Origin: Candidatus Poribacteria bacterium
GTDB lineage: Bacteria; Poribacteria; WGA-4E; WGA-3G
DNA: 64,000 nucleotides
Assembly (NCBI GenBank): GCA_965205025.1
Contig: CBDBFU010000021.1
Coordinates: 70,854-134,853 of the forward strand
Direction: 5' to 3'
The translations under genes and the position numbers were made by a program. Below the pieces are notes generated by a model. The model had not been told where the DNA came from, ran no database searches, and was given only the letters and a program-made list of their open reading frames with translations. Of this stretch, positions 40,414 through 53,693 are shown in pieces (position 1 is the first letter of the stretch; every line of letters begins with the position of its first letter).

Positions 40414-42147
40414 GTGCCATTTAGGCAATATGCTGCTCTACTTTCACAATATCTAATCCCTCTAAAGTATAGAGTTGCATTACTTGCAGTATTTATGTTT
40501 AGCGGGATTGGTCTCCAACTGGTTAATCCCCAAATAATACGTTATTTCTTTGACACTGCCGAAGAAGGTGGTGAAACGCGTAACCTGATAATTGCAGGTT
40601 GCGCGTTTCTTGTTATTGGACTCATTAGACAAATTGTCATGTTAGTTACATCCTATTTGGGGCAAGATGTTGGTTGGCGTGCGACTAACGAAATGAGAGG
40701 GGATCTTGCCGAACACTGTCTTCAACTGGATATGTCATTCCACCATGAACACACACCTGGTGAGATGGTTGAACGAGTCGACGGAGATACAACGACACTC
40801 TCCAACTTTTTCTCAGAATTCATACTATACATCATTGGCAGTATTTTTCTACTAATCGGTGTAATAATCTTCATATATCGGGAAGATTGGCTGATAGGGA
40901 TCGCTTTAATAGGGTTTGTTGTTATTGCATTGATTATATACAATCTTACACGGAGCATTGCTGTGCCAATCTACACATCAGAACGTGAAGGATATTCAAA
41001 ACTATTCGGTTTTCTTGAGGAACGGTTCACCGGTATTCCAGATCTACGTTCCAATGGTGGTATTGGTTATACTATGCATCGATTTTACGATGAGAATAGA
41101 GATGTATATGGACGCGCTGTAAAAGCACAAGTGATGGGTGAGATATTACAAACAATTAGCGGAGTAATGTTTACACTCGGATTTGCGTTGAGTATGGGAT
41201 TGTGCGCATATCTATATCAGAAAGGGGACTTCACGCTTGGTACAGTTTATTTAGTGATTCATTATACCAGCATGTTACGGGGTCCTTTAATAATGATAAG
41301 TAGACAAATCAATGATTTACAACGTGCCACTGCCGGTATCACACGGATAGAAGAACTCTACAGAGTAAATTCTGTAATTGATGATGGTACTGAACCACTT
41401 GAAAACTCTGATACAGTTGGTATTCAATTCGATAATGTCTCTTTTAGATATACTGATGATGAGTATGTTCTTAGAGATATTTCATTCAATTTACAACCTG
41501 GAAAGTCTTTAGGACTATTGGGTAGGACTGGAAGTGGTAAAACGACAATTACCAGACTCCTATTTCGGCTATATGATGTTAACCTTGGGACAATTAGTAT
41601 GGGTGGCAAGGATATAGGTAAGATCACATTAGATGATTTAAGAAACAGAATTGGCTTAGTTACCCAAGATGTTCAACTCTTTAATGCCTCGGTCAGAGAT
41701 AATATAACTCTATTTAATACCGAAATTTCTGACAAAGAGATTCATGCTGTGATAGAAGAACTCGGTTTATCTGATTGGTATCAATCCTTACCTAATGGTC
41801 TTGATACAGTCCTTGAAGGAACAGGTATGTCTGCTGGTGAAGCACAACTCTTAGCGTTTGCAAGAGTATTTTTGAGAAATCCAAGTATAGTGATTTTAGA
41901 TGAACCCTCTTCAAGATTAGATCCTGCAACAGAGCAACGAATTGATCACGCTGTTCAACGGTTGTTAAATGGTAGAACAAGTATAATCATCGCACATAGG
42001 CTTGGCACTGTTCAAAAAGTAGATGAGATCATGATTCTACAAGATGGTAAGATTCAAGAATATGGTGAACGAAATCAGCTTGTCAACAATCCAAGGTCTA
42101 TCTTCTCTGGACTTCTTAAAACAGGTATGGAGGAGATGATTCAGTGA
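40414..42147 (+). CDS. ABC exporter, fused permease/ATPase, subunit 1
   Basis: TM domain plus [27 protein letters not shown]. Confidence 0.92.
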   Translation: MPFRQYAALLSQYLIPLKYRVALLAVFMFSGIGLQLVNPQIIRYFFDTAEEGGETRNLIIAGCAFLVIGLIRQIVMLVTSYLGQDVGWRATNEMRGDLAEHCLQLDMSFHHEHTPGEMVERVDGDTTTLSNFFSEFILYIIGSIFLLIGVIIFIYREDWLIGIALIGFVVIALIIYNLTRSIAVPIYTSEREGYSKLFGFLEERFTGIPDLRSNGGIGYTMHRFYDENRDVYGRAVKAQVMGEILQTISGVMFTLGFALSMGLCAYLYQKGDFTLGTVYLVIHYTSMLRGPLIMISRQINDLQRATAGITRIEELYRVNSVIDDGTEPLENSDTVGIQFDNVSFRYTDDEYVLRDISFNLQPGKSLGLLGRTGSGKTTITRLLFRLYDVNLGTISMGGKDIGKITLDDLRNRIGLVTQDVQLFNASVRDNITLFNTEISDKEIHAVIEELGLSDWYQSLPNGLDTVLEGTGMSAGEAQLLAFARVFLRNPSIVILDEPSSRLDPATEQRIDHAVQRLLNGRTSIIIAHRLGTVQKVDEIMILQDGKIQEYGERNQLVNNPRSIFSGLLKTGMEEMIQ

Positions 42148-43895
42148 AAGCTGGTAAAGCAACCATTCAACTGTTACGGTTCCGTCCATTTCTATTTCTC
42201 GGTACTATTTTATTTCGCGGTTTAGATGACTTGATGCCATTTGTTGTTGGAATCATCATGAAGGAATTTTTCGACATCTTATCAGGAGATTCGACAGCTG
42301 GATTTAACCCTTGGACAATTGTTGCTCTATTTGTAGTTGCTGAATTAGGGGATAGAACTATCCTGATAAGTTCAGCCTTTGTTTGGGCAAGATGGCGTTA
42401 TGCTATAACAAGTATATTAAGAAAAAACCTATTGTCATCAATTCTGAATATGTCTAATCCACAACGCGTTGGATCAGCATCAGGGGAAGTTACAAATAGA
42501 TTTAGAGATGATGCACAAGCAATATTATCTTATCTTGAACAGTATATACACCTATGGGGAAATCTTACATTTGCTGTATTAGCCATTATTTGGATGGTTC
42601 GGATTGATGTTTTAGTAACAATAATTACTGTCATTCCAGCAATACTAATTATCACTATTGTAAATGTGTTAAGAAGGTTTATTCATAGATATAGAACTGC
42701 CCAACGTGTAGCTACTGAACAATCTACAAACTTCATCAATGAACTCTTTCAATCGATTTTAGCTGTAAAGGTCGCTCGTTCTGAGTCTAATGTAATTTCT
42801 CATTATAGAAAACTAAATGATTCCAGACGAAAAACGACGCTTATAGACAACCTTTTTGACCAAGTCCTTCGATCTATCAGTTTTAATATCAATAATCTTG
42901 CTATTGGTGTGATTCTAATTCTCATTGCTGAACAGATGAAATCAGGCACATTCACTGTAGGGGACTTTGCTCTCTTTTCTACCTATATAGGGGATGTAGC
43001 AAGAAGTGGATCGCTTATTGGGAGTACAATGGCACAACATAAGAGGGCAGAAGTTTCTTTTTCTCGTATGGAACAAACAGTTGATGAAATGGAGGTTAAA
43101 GAATTAGTCGAACATACACCTATATATCTTATTGATAAACAACCCCCATTAAGTCCAGTAGAAAGAACATCAAATGATAGATTAGAGAATCTGACAATTT
43201 CTGGTCTTACCTATCAATATGATAATGGTACAGATGGAATTACCAATATAGATATGAATATATCTGCTGGATCATTTACAGTTGTTACCGGGCAGATTGG
43301 CGCGGGTAAGACCACATTATTACAGACACTTATTGGTATATTACCCAAACAAAAAGGAGATATTTTTTGGAATGGAACTTTAGTGGATGATCCTAAATCA
43401 CATTTTATTCCTCCTCGTTCCGCATATACACCACAAACGCCAAAACTCTTCAGTGAGAAATTGAGTGATAACATCTTAATGGGTATACCATGGTATTGGG
43501 ATTCAATTAATCGAGCAATTCGTCTTGGTGTCATGGAACAGGATTTACCTACATTGGAAGAAGGTCTTGATACAATCGTTGGACCTCGAGGTGTAAAACT
43601 TTCTGGTGGACAAATGCAGCGGACAGCAGCAGCCAGAATGTTCATTCGTGAAACAGAACTACTTGTCTTTGATGATCTTTCATCCGGTCTTGATGTTGAA
43701 ACTGAACAGACACTATGGGAACGCCTTTTCCAGACAAGACAAGCTACATGCCTTGTGGTATCTCACCGAAGACCTGCGTTACAGCGTGCAGATCAAATTG
43801 TTGTTTTAAAAGAAGGACGAATTGATGCAGTTGGAACATTGGATGAATTACTCATATCTTCAAGAGAGATGCAACGTCTATGGTCAGGAGAATAA
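42144..43895 (+). CDS. ABC exporter, fused permease/ATPase, subunit 2 (heterodimer partner)
   Basis: [20 protein letters not shown] (degenerate Walker B), VSHR; GTGA overlap with the upstream gene. Confidence 0.92.
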   Translation: MKAGKATIQLLRFRPFLFLGTILFRGLDDLMPFVVGIIMKEFFDILSGDSTAGFNPWTIVALFVVAELGDRTILISSAFVWARWRYAITSILRKNLLSSILNMSNPQRVGSASGEVTNRFRDDAQAILSYLEQYIHLWGNLTFAVLAIIWMVRIDVLVTIITVIPAILIITIVNVLRRFIHRYRTAQRVATEQSTNFINELFQSILAVKVARSESNVISHYRKLNDSRRKTTLIDNLFDQVLRSISFNINNLAIGVILILIAEQMKSGTFTVGDFALFSTYIGDVARSGSLIGSTMAQHKRAEVSFSRMEQTVDEMEVKELVEHTPIYLIDKQPPLSPVERTSNDRLENLTISGLTYQYDNGTDGITNIDMNISAGSFTVVTGQIGAGKTTLLQTLIGILPKQKGDIFWNGTLVDDPKSHFIPPRSAYTPQTPKLFSEKLSDNILMGIPWYWDSINRAIRLGVMEQDLPTLEEGLDTIVGPRGVKLSGGQMQRTAAARMFIRETELLVFDDLSSGLDVETEQTLWERLFQTRQATCLVVSHRRPALQRADQIVVLKEGRIDAVGTLDELLISSREMQRLWSGE

Positions 43896-43919
43896 GAAAA
43901 CAAATACTCTATTTACTAT

Positions 43920-44033
43920 TACCATTTCTATTTAAATAGTTCACATGACGCGCACTCTTAGTAGTCCCCCTGATAAGGGGGATTTAGGGGGTTTCTTCAA
44001 TCAGTAATGAGTAATCATCATTTAGAAATGGTA
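43920..44033. mobile_element. ~114-bp MITE-like element with perfect TACCATTTCTA TIRs
   Basis: TACCATTTCTA ... TAGAAATGGTA; internal TCCCCCTGATAAGGGGGA hairpin. Confidence 0.7.
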
Positions 44034-44156
44034 TAATAACAAATAAAAATCCAATAACAATAAACAACGTGACATTAATGATAATATATGGTAACTTAAC
44101 CTAGAATTTCCATCCTATATTAGACATATCTTGTATCATTAACAAAGGAGAAAACC

Positions 44157-44954
44157 GTGCGAAATCTATTATGTTCTATATTTTTGGTAAGTATAGTAAT
44201 GTTCATGTTTTCAATCTTTTTAACAACAAGTGATGCACAAAATGCAAAAGAAGAGGATTTAATTGGACACTGGACATTTGAAAAAGGTGAAGAGATAAAA
44301 GATCTCACAGGTCACTTTGGAGATATTAAATTCAATGGTGCAGAAGTTAAGGACGGGAAGTTATACATTGGAGATGCTAAATGGGCATTAACAACAGGAT
44401 ACAAAGGCCCAAAAATTGGTCCTGATAAGACATTAGTCACATGGTTATATTTAGATGATCTAAACATTCGTAGAGGGGCAACCATTGCGGTCAATCAAAG
44501 TAGTTCTGATAAATTCGATGCAATTGTTTATGCCGAAAGACAAGAAAGACGATGGATGGCGGGTAGTAGCCATTTCAGACGAACTCAAGATGCTGTCCCA
44601 GGTTTTGAAGAAAAAGAAAAAGGTAAGTTGATTCAATTAGCTATATCTTATGAAGATTCAAATGCTAATGCAAAAATAATGATATATCGGAATGGTGAAA
44701 AAATAGGGGATTATACACGGGGACCTATCGTCTCTTGGGATGAGGGTAATGTAGAAGCACTTTTCGGTCCAAGAGCACTGATTGGTGGAACCGCTCATGG
44801 TTGGGTAGTTGCACGCGTTGATGATGCCAGAATCTATAATGCCGTTTTGAGTGAAGATGAGATTAATAGCTTAGAAGTAAACACACTCGATGTCAATGTT
44901 GTAGGTAAATTGACGACTACTTGGGGAAAGATCAAAGGAAATAAAGATCATTGA
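44157..44954 (+). CDS. Secreted LamG-like protein with GKLTTTWG tail
   Basis: Signal peptide, LIGHWTFE, VDDARIYN.VLS, VNVVGKLTTTWGKIK. Confidence 0.85.
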   Translation: MRNLLCSIFLVSIVMFMFSIFLTTSDAQNAKEEDLIGHWTFEKGEEIKDLTGHFGDIKFNGAEVKDGKLYIGDAKWALTTGYKGPKIGPDKTLVTWLYLDDLNIRRGATIAVNQSSSDKFDAIVYAERQERRWMAGSSHFRRTQDAVPGFEEKEKGKLIQLAISYEDSNANAKIMIYRNGEKIGDYTRGPIVSWDEGNVEALFGPRALIGGTAHGWVVARVDDARIYNAVLSEDEINSLEVNTLDVNVVGKLTTTWGKIKGNKDH

Positions 44955-44994
44955 CTTAGTCTATAAGGTTTAAATATCACAGAGGATTCTTAAA

Positions 44995-46540
44995 TTGAAT
45001 GACTATCCATTAACTTTATCTGGTACACATCTATTCTTAGATGATGAGCTAATTTCATTCAAGCAGAATGTCGACCGGACACTTCACACTTGTAAAAAAC
45101 ATCCTATCCCAGTCCTTGAACCAGACCCAGAGAATCCATGGGAACATGGTGGTCCAGATCAATCAAGGAGAGTTCATCTATATGGGGACAACGATGTATG
45201 ATGAAGTCTATGGTAAATATCGTATGTGGTATATGTGCCGTATGGGGCCACATTGGCGATTTAATGCTAACGAGATTCCAGGATTATATGTACCACGTCC
45301 TGATAGAAATCCCTCAACTTATAGAGGAAAGACACACGATTCCTATGGACGAGAATTTGTCGAGAATGATCGGGGTGATCTAACATGTTATGCTGAAAGT
45401 GATGATGGACTTACATGGAAAAAACCAAATCTTGGACTCTTCGAATTCAATGGTAATCCAAACAATAATATCGTATGGGACTTGCACGGTGCATGTGTAT
45501 TCCGTGATGACAAAGAATCCGATATACAGAAACGATATAAGATGATAGGTTTCTGTAGAAGATATCGAAATGTATTTCTACTCACATCACCAGATGGTAT
45601 CCGTTGGGATGATTCTAACTACTTAGATCCAGTGGCAGAACGTAGCAACGAAGGAGCATTCAATGTTGTTTATGATAAGAAGACATCACTTTTTCGTGCA
45701 TACTGTCTTACTCGTGATAAAGATAAAGACGCACGAAGGATGATTGATTATACAGAGAGTGTAAGTTTAGACGGTCCGTGGGAACCCCTTGAACCAATGT
45801 TTCGTGCAACAGAAACTGATGACCAAATTGGCTTAGATAGATATAATGCTGACAGGGCAGAAATACACAATATGTCCGGTTTCTTATATCACAATCAATA
45901 TATTGGAATTGCAGGTGTATTGTACGTTACTGGTCCTGGAGCAGCAGAACATGAAATCCCAGTTGATGGTCCTATAGACGCACAATTGGTTTGTAGTAGA
46001 GACGGATTCAACTGGGATTATCCTGATGGTAATAGAACACCTATTATTCCACGCGGTGGTAATGAAGAATATGATAGAGGGATGATTATGGGAACAGCAA
46101 CACAACCTATCATCACTGAAGATGAAATTCATTGGTATTATACGGGTACCGAACACACACATGGTGCTATGATGAAAGACCGACACAAGGTAATTGGATT
46201 GGCAAAATGGAGATTAGATGGATTTGCTTCAATGGATGCCAGAGATAAAACAGGTATTATTGAAACCATTCCAATCCAACTTCCCTTAAACTCTCTTGAA
46301 ATCAACGGAGATGCAAGCAATGGTCAAATAGACGTTGAGGTATTATCTGCTGATGGAAGTGTTCAACAAGGATTTTCATTGAAAGATTGTCTATCTCTGA
46401 CTGCAGATGAGATACATCATCAATTTAAATGGAAGAGCGTATCTATAACACAGGCAACACAACCCCTAAGATTAAGGTTTATTCTAAATAATGCCAGTCT
46501 CTATTCTTTCCGTTTAAGTGACTTATCCAATACATCTTAA
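44995..46540 (+). CDS. Five-bladed beta-propeller glycosidase-like protein (one +1 frameshift near 45186)
   Basis: HLFLDD, YRMWY, CYAESDDGLTW.KP.LG, SPDGI.W, SRDG..W, WYYTG, RLDGF, LYSF. Confidence 0.75.
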
Positions 46541-46579
46541 AGTCCCTTGATTAGCAGAGGATTCCAATCCTCCCACCCC

Positions 46580-46750
46580 TTGGTAGGCTCGGTTTCTAAC
46601 CGAGCCGGAGTATCAGCATTGAAAGAAAATCTTACGGACAATAGCCTTTCTTCTTCGCGCAATCCGCGATTCAGACAACCCAAAACAACCAATAAATAAA
46701 CTAATCTCACTAAATTGACGCCTATGGTGCGGTTTCTAACCACGGGGAAA
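46580..46750. repeat. REP-like hairpins and TAAATTGACGCCTAT end motif
   Basis: GTAGGCTCGGTTTCTAACCGAGCC, AATCCGCGATTCAGACAA, TAAATTGACGCCTAT (also at 17018, 17153, ~62642). Confidence 0.6.
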
Positions 46751-46955
46751 GCCATAAGGCATTCATACCGTTAATTCCTTAATTACTTGATTCGAACATA
46801 AATATCTGATTTACCAAACTCACGTTTATATAGAAATGTGAAAAAATATAGCCGAAAATACGAAAACTAAATAACCCTATCGAATTAGTATGCAGTCTTG
46901 ACAACCACCCTGTTTCATGGCAAAATACAATAAAATAACCAGAACGGAGAACTAT

Positions 46956-49054
46956 ATGTCACAACCCGACATCCTCCAAACCATCCTAAAAGATAGCAAC
47001 TACCACCTTGACCTATTCAACGATTCCGAAATACAGGATTTACGCCAAAAGGTGGAAGGAAACCACGAAAAACCGATGATTTACTGTGATGTTCGGAGGA
47101 AAGCGATTCAATTAAAGCCGGAGGAGGTTGTCCGTCAACTCTATGCAGCACGACTCCTAAAACAATTACGTTACGATCCAGATCGCGTCAGATTTGAACA
47201 TTCTGTGAACTTCGGTAGAGAAAAGAAACGTGCTGACATCGTTATCCTTGACAAAGACCGTCCTGATACGCCCTATATTATCGTTGAGGTAAAAAAGCCA
47301 AAACTCCAAGATGGTAAAGATCAACTCCGCTCCTATTGCAACGCCACAGGTGCACCCATCGCAGTATGGACAAACGGACAGCAGATTTCACACTACCACC
47401 GAAAAGACCCAAATTACTTTGAAGAAATTACGGATATTCCTAACGCCGACCAAACCCTCGCCGATATTCTAAACGAACGATTCACACTAAAAGACCTTAT
47501 CATCAAGGACAAACTCGCGGCGGAGCGAAAATCCCTCAAGGACATTATTCTGGAATTAGAAGATGAAGTCCTTGCAAACGCAGGAGTTGATGTTTTTGAA
47601 GAAGTTTTTAAACTCATCTTTACCAAACTCTATGACGAATTCCAAAGTCGTTCCGACAAAGAATATATCAACCGCATTCTAAGGCGAGAAATCAACACGG
47701 TTGTTCAGGAATCTACTGAACCTTACGGCTCCAGAGGTGCAGATTATGCGGCTATCAAGAAAGTTGTTGAAGCGATTCCAGATGAGGATATGGAGCGACC
47801 TATGGAATTTAGAAACACTGGGCAAACGGACAGTGAACTCAAAACCAAAATTCAGAGACTTTTTGACGACGCTAAAAACCAGTGGAAAGGCGTTTTTCCA
47901 GACTATTCAACGTTTGAACTTTCCGATAGTCATCTGGCAATCTGTGTGTCCAGTTTGCAGGATATAAAATTATTCAACTCCAATCTACAAGTTGTTGATG
48001 AGGCATTTGAGTATCTTGTGGGTAAATCTGCCAAAGGCGAAAAAGGACAATACTTTACACCACGACATGTGATTGACATGTGCGTAAAGATGCTCAACCC
48101 GAAACGCGGAGAATATATGATTGATACTGCCTCTCCGGTAGTTGTGGCTTTCCAGTACATACCTTTTTTCAAGTCACCGGTTCACCTTTCACCAACGCAG
48201 AAATGTCTGCACCTGACAAGCAGTATGTCCGTGATAATATATTCGGTATTGACTTTGACGAAAAGACGGTACGGGTAGCACGAACACTAAATCTGATTGC
48301 AGGCGACGGTGAGTCCAACGTCTTACACCTCAACACACTTGACTATGAACGTTGGGAGGATAGGGCTGAGAAAGATAGAAATTGGATAATGACTTATGGC
48401 AGAGGATTTGACCGACTCAAAGCATTGAGAGCGGAAAATGACCAAAACAGACAATTCAATTTTGATATTTTGATGGCAAATCCACCATTTGCTGGAGACA
48501 TCAAGGAAAGTCGTATTCTCCACCAATACACTCTCGGCTTTAAAGGGAACGGTAAAGCACAAAGCAAAGTCGGTAGGGATATTCTGTTTATTGAGCGTAA
48601 TTTGGATTTCCTTAAACCCGGTGGACGCATGGCAATTGTGCTACCACAAGGCAGATTCAACAACACATCTGATAAATATATCCGTGAGTTTATTGCAGAT
48701 CGGGCGCGTATTTTGGCAGTAGTCGAACTTGATAATAATACCTTTAAACCCCATACCGGCACCAAAACCAGTGTGCTGTTCCTCCAAAAATGGAACGATG
48801 CTCCAGACCAAGGAACGCTCTGCCCCAAAGTTGAGGACTACCCCATCTTTTTTGCCGTTTCCGAAAAAGGTGGTAAGGATAACTCTGGCGATTATATGTA
48901 TCTCCAAAACAGTAACGGACAACATCAGTTAGACGAAAACGGACATCTGATTGTTGAACACGACTTACACAACCACAACGACGAACTACCCGACGGGATT
49001 GCTGAAACTTTTATTGAATGGGCAAAAAGTGAAAATTTGACTTTTTGGCGGTAA
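46956..49054 (+). CDS. Fused restriction endonuclease (HsdR_N-like PD-(D/E)xK) and N6-adenine methyltransferase, type IIG/IIB-like; +2 frameshift near 48131
   Basis: KPEE.VRQ, ADIV...IVEVKKP; GQYFTPR; removing one TC restores DTASGSCGF motif I; NPPF motif IV; FIERNL.FLKPGGRMAIVLPQG. Confidence 0.9.
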
Positions 49055-49233
49055 TACCAATATTCAGTAAACCTCCGTAGCATAAACTTTTAGTTTGTGC
49101 ATGTGTAGGGTGGGCAAACTATAGTAAAACCTAAAAATAAAGAACAAAAACACTTAGCATGAGTTGTTTTTTAATATTGCTTATAAGAGCAGCGTGTTTA
49201 TAAAATTCCGTATTTTACTAAGGAGATAAAGGT

Positions 49234-50155
49234 GTGTTAAATACATATCAGGCAATCAGCTTAACATGTAATGATTTTAGAACATATTTAGAGAATTATG
49301 ATCTTAAAAATTTAAGGCTCCAAATTGATATTCCTGAAAACAAACAAAGAGGTGAAGTATTTGAGCCTATATCTGATAACTTCATAATTATTCGATGCAA
49401 ATTAGTTTCAAGTATTCACGGTTATTATACGCATTTAATATATGATTTTGACAACAGAACTTGTTTCGGAATAGGGGCTTACACAAATACTAATGACGAT
49501 CAGATTAAGATCACACCCAAACAAACAGAAAATTTTACTGCTGAATTCAGTTCTACGAAAGCGCTTATAGATACGTTTCTACCAGATAAAACAGAAGGAG
49601 ACATTTGTTTTTGGGGTTCTAAATTAGGTGTTGTTTCTACGCTAACTACTATAGATTTTTCAGTGAAATGGGAAGATTATAGAAAATATCGACAGGAATG
49701 GCTCAAGGAGTATTTTCCGGTAGGAGGTCTGTCTGATAATTTTGATAATTCAATCATTTTATTTTCTAATATCTGTTCATATGAAAAAAAGTTTCTTCTT
49801 CAATTGTCGAATTATAAAATAAATCTTATTTTTAAAGGTTTAGCACGTTTTAATCAGAATCAATGAGTCTTTTAATTCAATAAGACCAGAAGAATTACCT
49901 AAGAATAATATCGAAACAGCCATGAAGCAGAAAGACTTCATTGACAGCCATGAGACTCTCATTTCTCAGACTGAGGATTCTCTTCATGACATCTATTTTT
50001 TCTTAAATACACTGAATGCAACCTCAAAAAAGAATAAATTCACGATTTTAAAGGAGTTCATTCGTTCTTATGCATTCGGTAAAGTAACTGATGAAGCAGG
50101 AGAAAAATTGCAACAAGCCGTTGTGTGGATCCAAGATGTGCTTTCCTCAAATTGA
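49234..50155 (+). CDS. AT-rich hypothetical protein between MTase and specificity genes (probably one ORF with an indel near 49858)
   Basis: AAGGAG RBS and GTG at 49234; the frame of 49922-50155 stays open upstream to about 49859. Confidence 0.55.
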
Positions 50156-50309
50156 CCGACTGAGATATAACAGTCTAAGAATCTACACAATTTCCTTTAA
50201 CGTACCATTGGTATTGGAACCGAAACATCTAAGGTATTCAAGTACTGGACGATAATCTACCTGAAGTGAAAAAGAAAGCAATAGAAGAGAAGAATGGTTA
50301 GACTAAATA

Positions 50310-51717
50310 ATGCAGTATTCAATCGTTTATTTTAGTGAAGTAAATTTGCACAAAGATATAAGATTAGATGCAGCACATTACCATCCATCACACCTCAAAA
50401 ATCTAAGTAAGTTTAAGGCACAAGCACGACCTCTCTCTGAATATATTACACATATATCAGGTGGTGCAACTCCACTTGGAGCTATGTATCCAGAGGGAAG
50501 GCATACCTTTTCTGAGAGTCCAAAACATAATGCCAAATTATATCTCAGACTCCGATATAAAATTCTTGTCTCCTTCGCAAAACCAAGAAATACTAAGAAG
50601 TCAATTGAAAAAAGACGATGTTTTACTGACTATCACTGGTGTTTCTTATGGAAAATCAGCAGTTGTAACAGATGAGTTTATAGATGCAAATATTAATCAG
50701 CATTCCGTAAAAATGACTGTCAGGAATATCATTCCTTACTTTTTGTCTACCTTCTTAAATTGTAAATATGGTTATTCACAATCAACGAGGCATGTTGTAG
50801 GAATTACCAGACCAGCATTAGATTATTCAGCCATAAAATCCTTTTTGATCCCTGATTTAGATAGAAATTTCCAGGAAGTAATAGCGTCATGCTGTTGGCA
50901 AGCAGAAAAATCACGAGAAGATTCTAAAAAACGCTATAACGAAACTCAAACCCTCCTCCTTTCTGAACTCGGTCTTGCAGGCTGGCAACCGAAGCAGCAA
51001 CAAACCTTCGTCAAAAACTTTTCCGATACAGAATACACTGAACGTATTGACGCAGGTTATTTTTTGCCGAAATATGACGAAATCGTCAACGCCATCAAGA
51101 GTTGTGCATGTGGTTGGGATACGTTGGAAAATTTGACCACACTGGAAAAATGCGTTGAAGTGGGAAGTAAAGAATACCTTGAATCTGGCATTCCTTTTGT
51201 TCGTGTGAGTAATCTCAGTCCGTTCGAAATCACACAAGAGAAATATATCTCAGAAGAATTGTATGCAGAAATCATGGAACATCAACCGAAACAAGGAGAA
51301 ATCCTTCTCAGTAAGGATGCAACCCCCGGCATAGCCCATTATTTACGCGAAGAACCCGACAAAATGATTCCTTCTGGCGGTATACTCCGATTGAAAAGCA
51401 AGACAGATAAAATTGGGAATGAATACTTGACATTGGTGCTTAATTCCATTCTAACCCAAGAACAGGTCAATCGTGATGTAGGTGGTTCAGTAATTCTCCA
51501 TTGGCGACCAGACCAAGTTGCAAGAACGGCCATCCCCATTCTGTCCAAAGATAAACAGACTGAAATTGAACAGAAAGTCATTGATTCCTTCAACCTACGC
51601 AAACGCGCCAAAAACCTTCTGGAATCTGCCAAACGGGCCGTCGAAATCGCAATCGAACAAGACGAACAAACCGCTATTGATTGGTTGGAATCCGTTTCAA
51701 ATGCACCTGATATTTAG
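50310..51717 (+). CDS. hsdS: Restriction-modification specificity subunit (HsdS-like, two TRDs); +1 frameshift near 50496
   Basis: RLDA.HY / RIDA.YF, GIPFLRVQNI and GIPFVRVSNL, GEILLS, IPIL....Q; helical C-terminus KRAVEIAIEQDE. Confidence 0.85.
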
Positions 51718-51792
51718 AGTTTATAATTCAATTGATAGAGTCAACATTTCAGCGTATAATAATTACAGCGAAGGAATAGGAGGTGAATAACT

Positions 51793-52974
51793 ATGTCTGA
51801 AAGGAAAGCGTTTTTAGAAAAAATACATATCAAGAACTTTCTAAGTTTGCGGGACGTAACACTTCCTTTCAAACCGTTAACCGTGCTTGTTGGTCCGAAT
51901 GCAAGCGGCAAGTCAAACACCTTCTTGGCATTACATCTTCTCAAAAGAATTATAGTCAGTGAGAGTTTGCCTTTAGATAAACTACTCATGGATTCTCTTT
52001 GGACAAGTGAGACGAAAACAATCTCTTTTCATCTACAGACAAGAGTAAAAGAATACAAAACCTTATATCACTTAGAACTAAAAGCGAACCCTAATTTCTC
52101 CTTCCTTGATGAACAATTATTGGTTAACGACGTAAACGTGATTTCAATCCAAAGTGGACAAGGAATAGTCCAAGATGAACAGGGCAAGAATGAGACAACC
52201 TATAACTCCAATAAACTCGCTTTGGGATCAGCGGGAAATTACGGAAACAAACCAATTACACGTGCATTAACTGAGTTTATTAAAGAATGGGAATTTTTCG
52301 ATTTTTCACCAGATTTTATACGCGGTAACCTATCATCATTTTCACCTGCTGAAAAAGAAACTCGAGAATTTCCAAAACTTGACACTTATGGCATAGATTT
52401 GCCAAAGATTCTTTGGAACTGGCACAAAAATTCTCCACAGAGTTTCCAAAATATCAGTGATGCCATTGCCACAAGCACAAATAGCGAAATAGACTACTGT
52501 AAGATTGATGGAGATAACCAATTTTGTCTCTTAGAAGGGGACAAAAATCTTGTACCATTACATGGTGCCTCTGATGGTACATTGCGTCTGATTGCATATA
52601 ATATATTACTCAATGAGCCTGAATTACCCCCACTCATCGCCATTGAAGAACCAGAACGGAATCTCCACCCCGGTGCCCTATCTAACATCGCAAGTATTCT
52701 TGAGCAAATTGCACAATATTCTCAGGTCATTATTACAACCCACAGTTCTGAACTGCTTGGTGCATTCAATCCAGAAAGTTTGGGAGATTCACTCGGTGTT
52801 TTATTGTTACACAACCGACCGGGTTTCGGCACCGAGGTGCTCAACCTTGAAGATTACAAAGGGAAAAGGAAGGCACTTGATGGTTGGATTGCAGATTTCG
52901 GGATCGGAAGTGCCGTCTTTGATAGTGGTCTCCTCCCAGATGACATGGAGGATACAGCCGAATGCCAAGCATAA
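51793..52974 (+). CDS. AAA_21/ABC-type ATPase (AbiEii/AriA/AbiLi-like)
   Basis: I.IKNFLSL, GPNASGKSN, ASDGTLR signature, IAIEEPERNLHP, ITTHS. Confidence 0.9.
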   Translation: MSERKAFLEKIHIKNFLSLRDVTLPFKPLTVLVGPNASGKSNTFLALHLLKRIIVSESLPLDKLLMDSLWTSETKTISFHLQTRVKEYKTLYHLELKANPNFSFLDEQLLVNDVNVISIQSGQGIVQDEQGKNETTYNSNKLALGSAGNYGNKPITRALTEFIKEWEFFDFSPDFIRGNLSSFSPAEKETREFPKLDTYGIDLPKILWNWHKNSPQSFQNISDAIATSTNSEIDYCKIDGDNQFCLLEGDKNLVPLHGASDGTLRLIAYNILLNEPELPPLIAIEEPERNLHPGALSNIASILEQIAQYSQVIITTHSSELLGAFNPESLGDSLGVLLLHNRPGFGTEVLNLEDYKGKRKALDGWIADFGIGSAVFDSGLLPDDMEDTAECQA

Positions 52975-53672
52975 GAATCTGGACTTTAGAGTCAGACAAC
53001 GATGCAAAGGCAGTAAAGTGTTTGGCAAATAAGTTGAAGGAATATTTGAAACTTGAAGCAATATCTATTGACACCACTGGTAGACTAAAACCCAATACGC
53101 GACTCAGAGATGCTATCAGAATTTTGCTTGAAGATGAGGACTGTATTATTTTAATCATTGACCGAGACCGTCCAATAGCACACCATCAACGATTACAAGA
53201 TCCTAATTCTATAATAAATCAAATTCAACAGATAATCAGTGACCGTCGTTTTGCTGGTAAAGTTTTTCTCGTAGAGGCTATTCAAGAACTTGAAGCATGG
53301 TTACTTATAGATTGTATCGGTATTTTCTGTTATTATGCTACGAAACGCGCCCAATTCAAGGAAAACTGTCGCAGTAAAGTCTCAACAAACCGACCTTTCA
53401 AACGATTAACCGACCGTTATCAGAAAGGAAATACAGAGAACATCGTTGAAGCGGAACAAGGTGGTCGCGGCGCGAAAGAGTACCTAACCGAGTATTCTGA
53501 AAATGTCCTCCGAGCACTGAACCCTAACCTCACACAAAGGAACATTGACCATGAAAAATACAAGGAAACACAATCTCCTGAAGTTGCCAAACATATTGAA
53601 ATCAACAAAGAAACCTTACGCCGCAATAAATCTCTAAAAAGACTCGGTGATGTGATTGCTCAATTCCAGTGA
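52962..53672 (+). CDS. DUF4276/RloB-like TOPRIM-type partner protein
   Basis: LES.ND, IIDRD (DxD), AIQELEAWLL; overlaps the ATPase stop. Confidence 0.7.
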   Translation: MPSIRIWTLESDNDAKAVKCLANKLKEYLKLEAISIDTTGRLKPNTRLRDAIRILLEDEDCIILIIDRDRPIAHHQRLQDPNSIINQIQQIISDRRFAGKVFLVEAIQELEAWLLIDCIGIFCYYATKRAQFKENCRSKVSTNRPFKRLTDRYQKGNTENIVEAEQGGRGAKEYLTEYSENVLRALNPNLTQRNIDHEKYKETQSPEVAKHIEINKETLRRNKSLKRLGDVIAQFQ

Positions 53673-53693
53673 AGTACAACATGTCAGAATATA

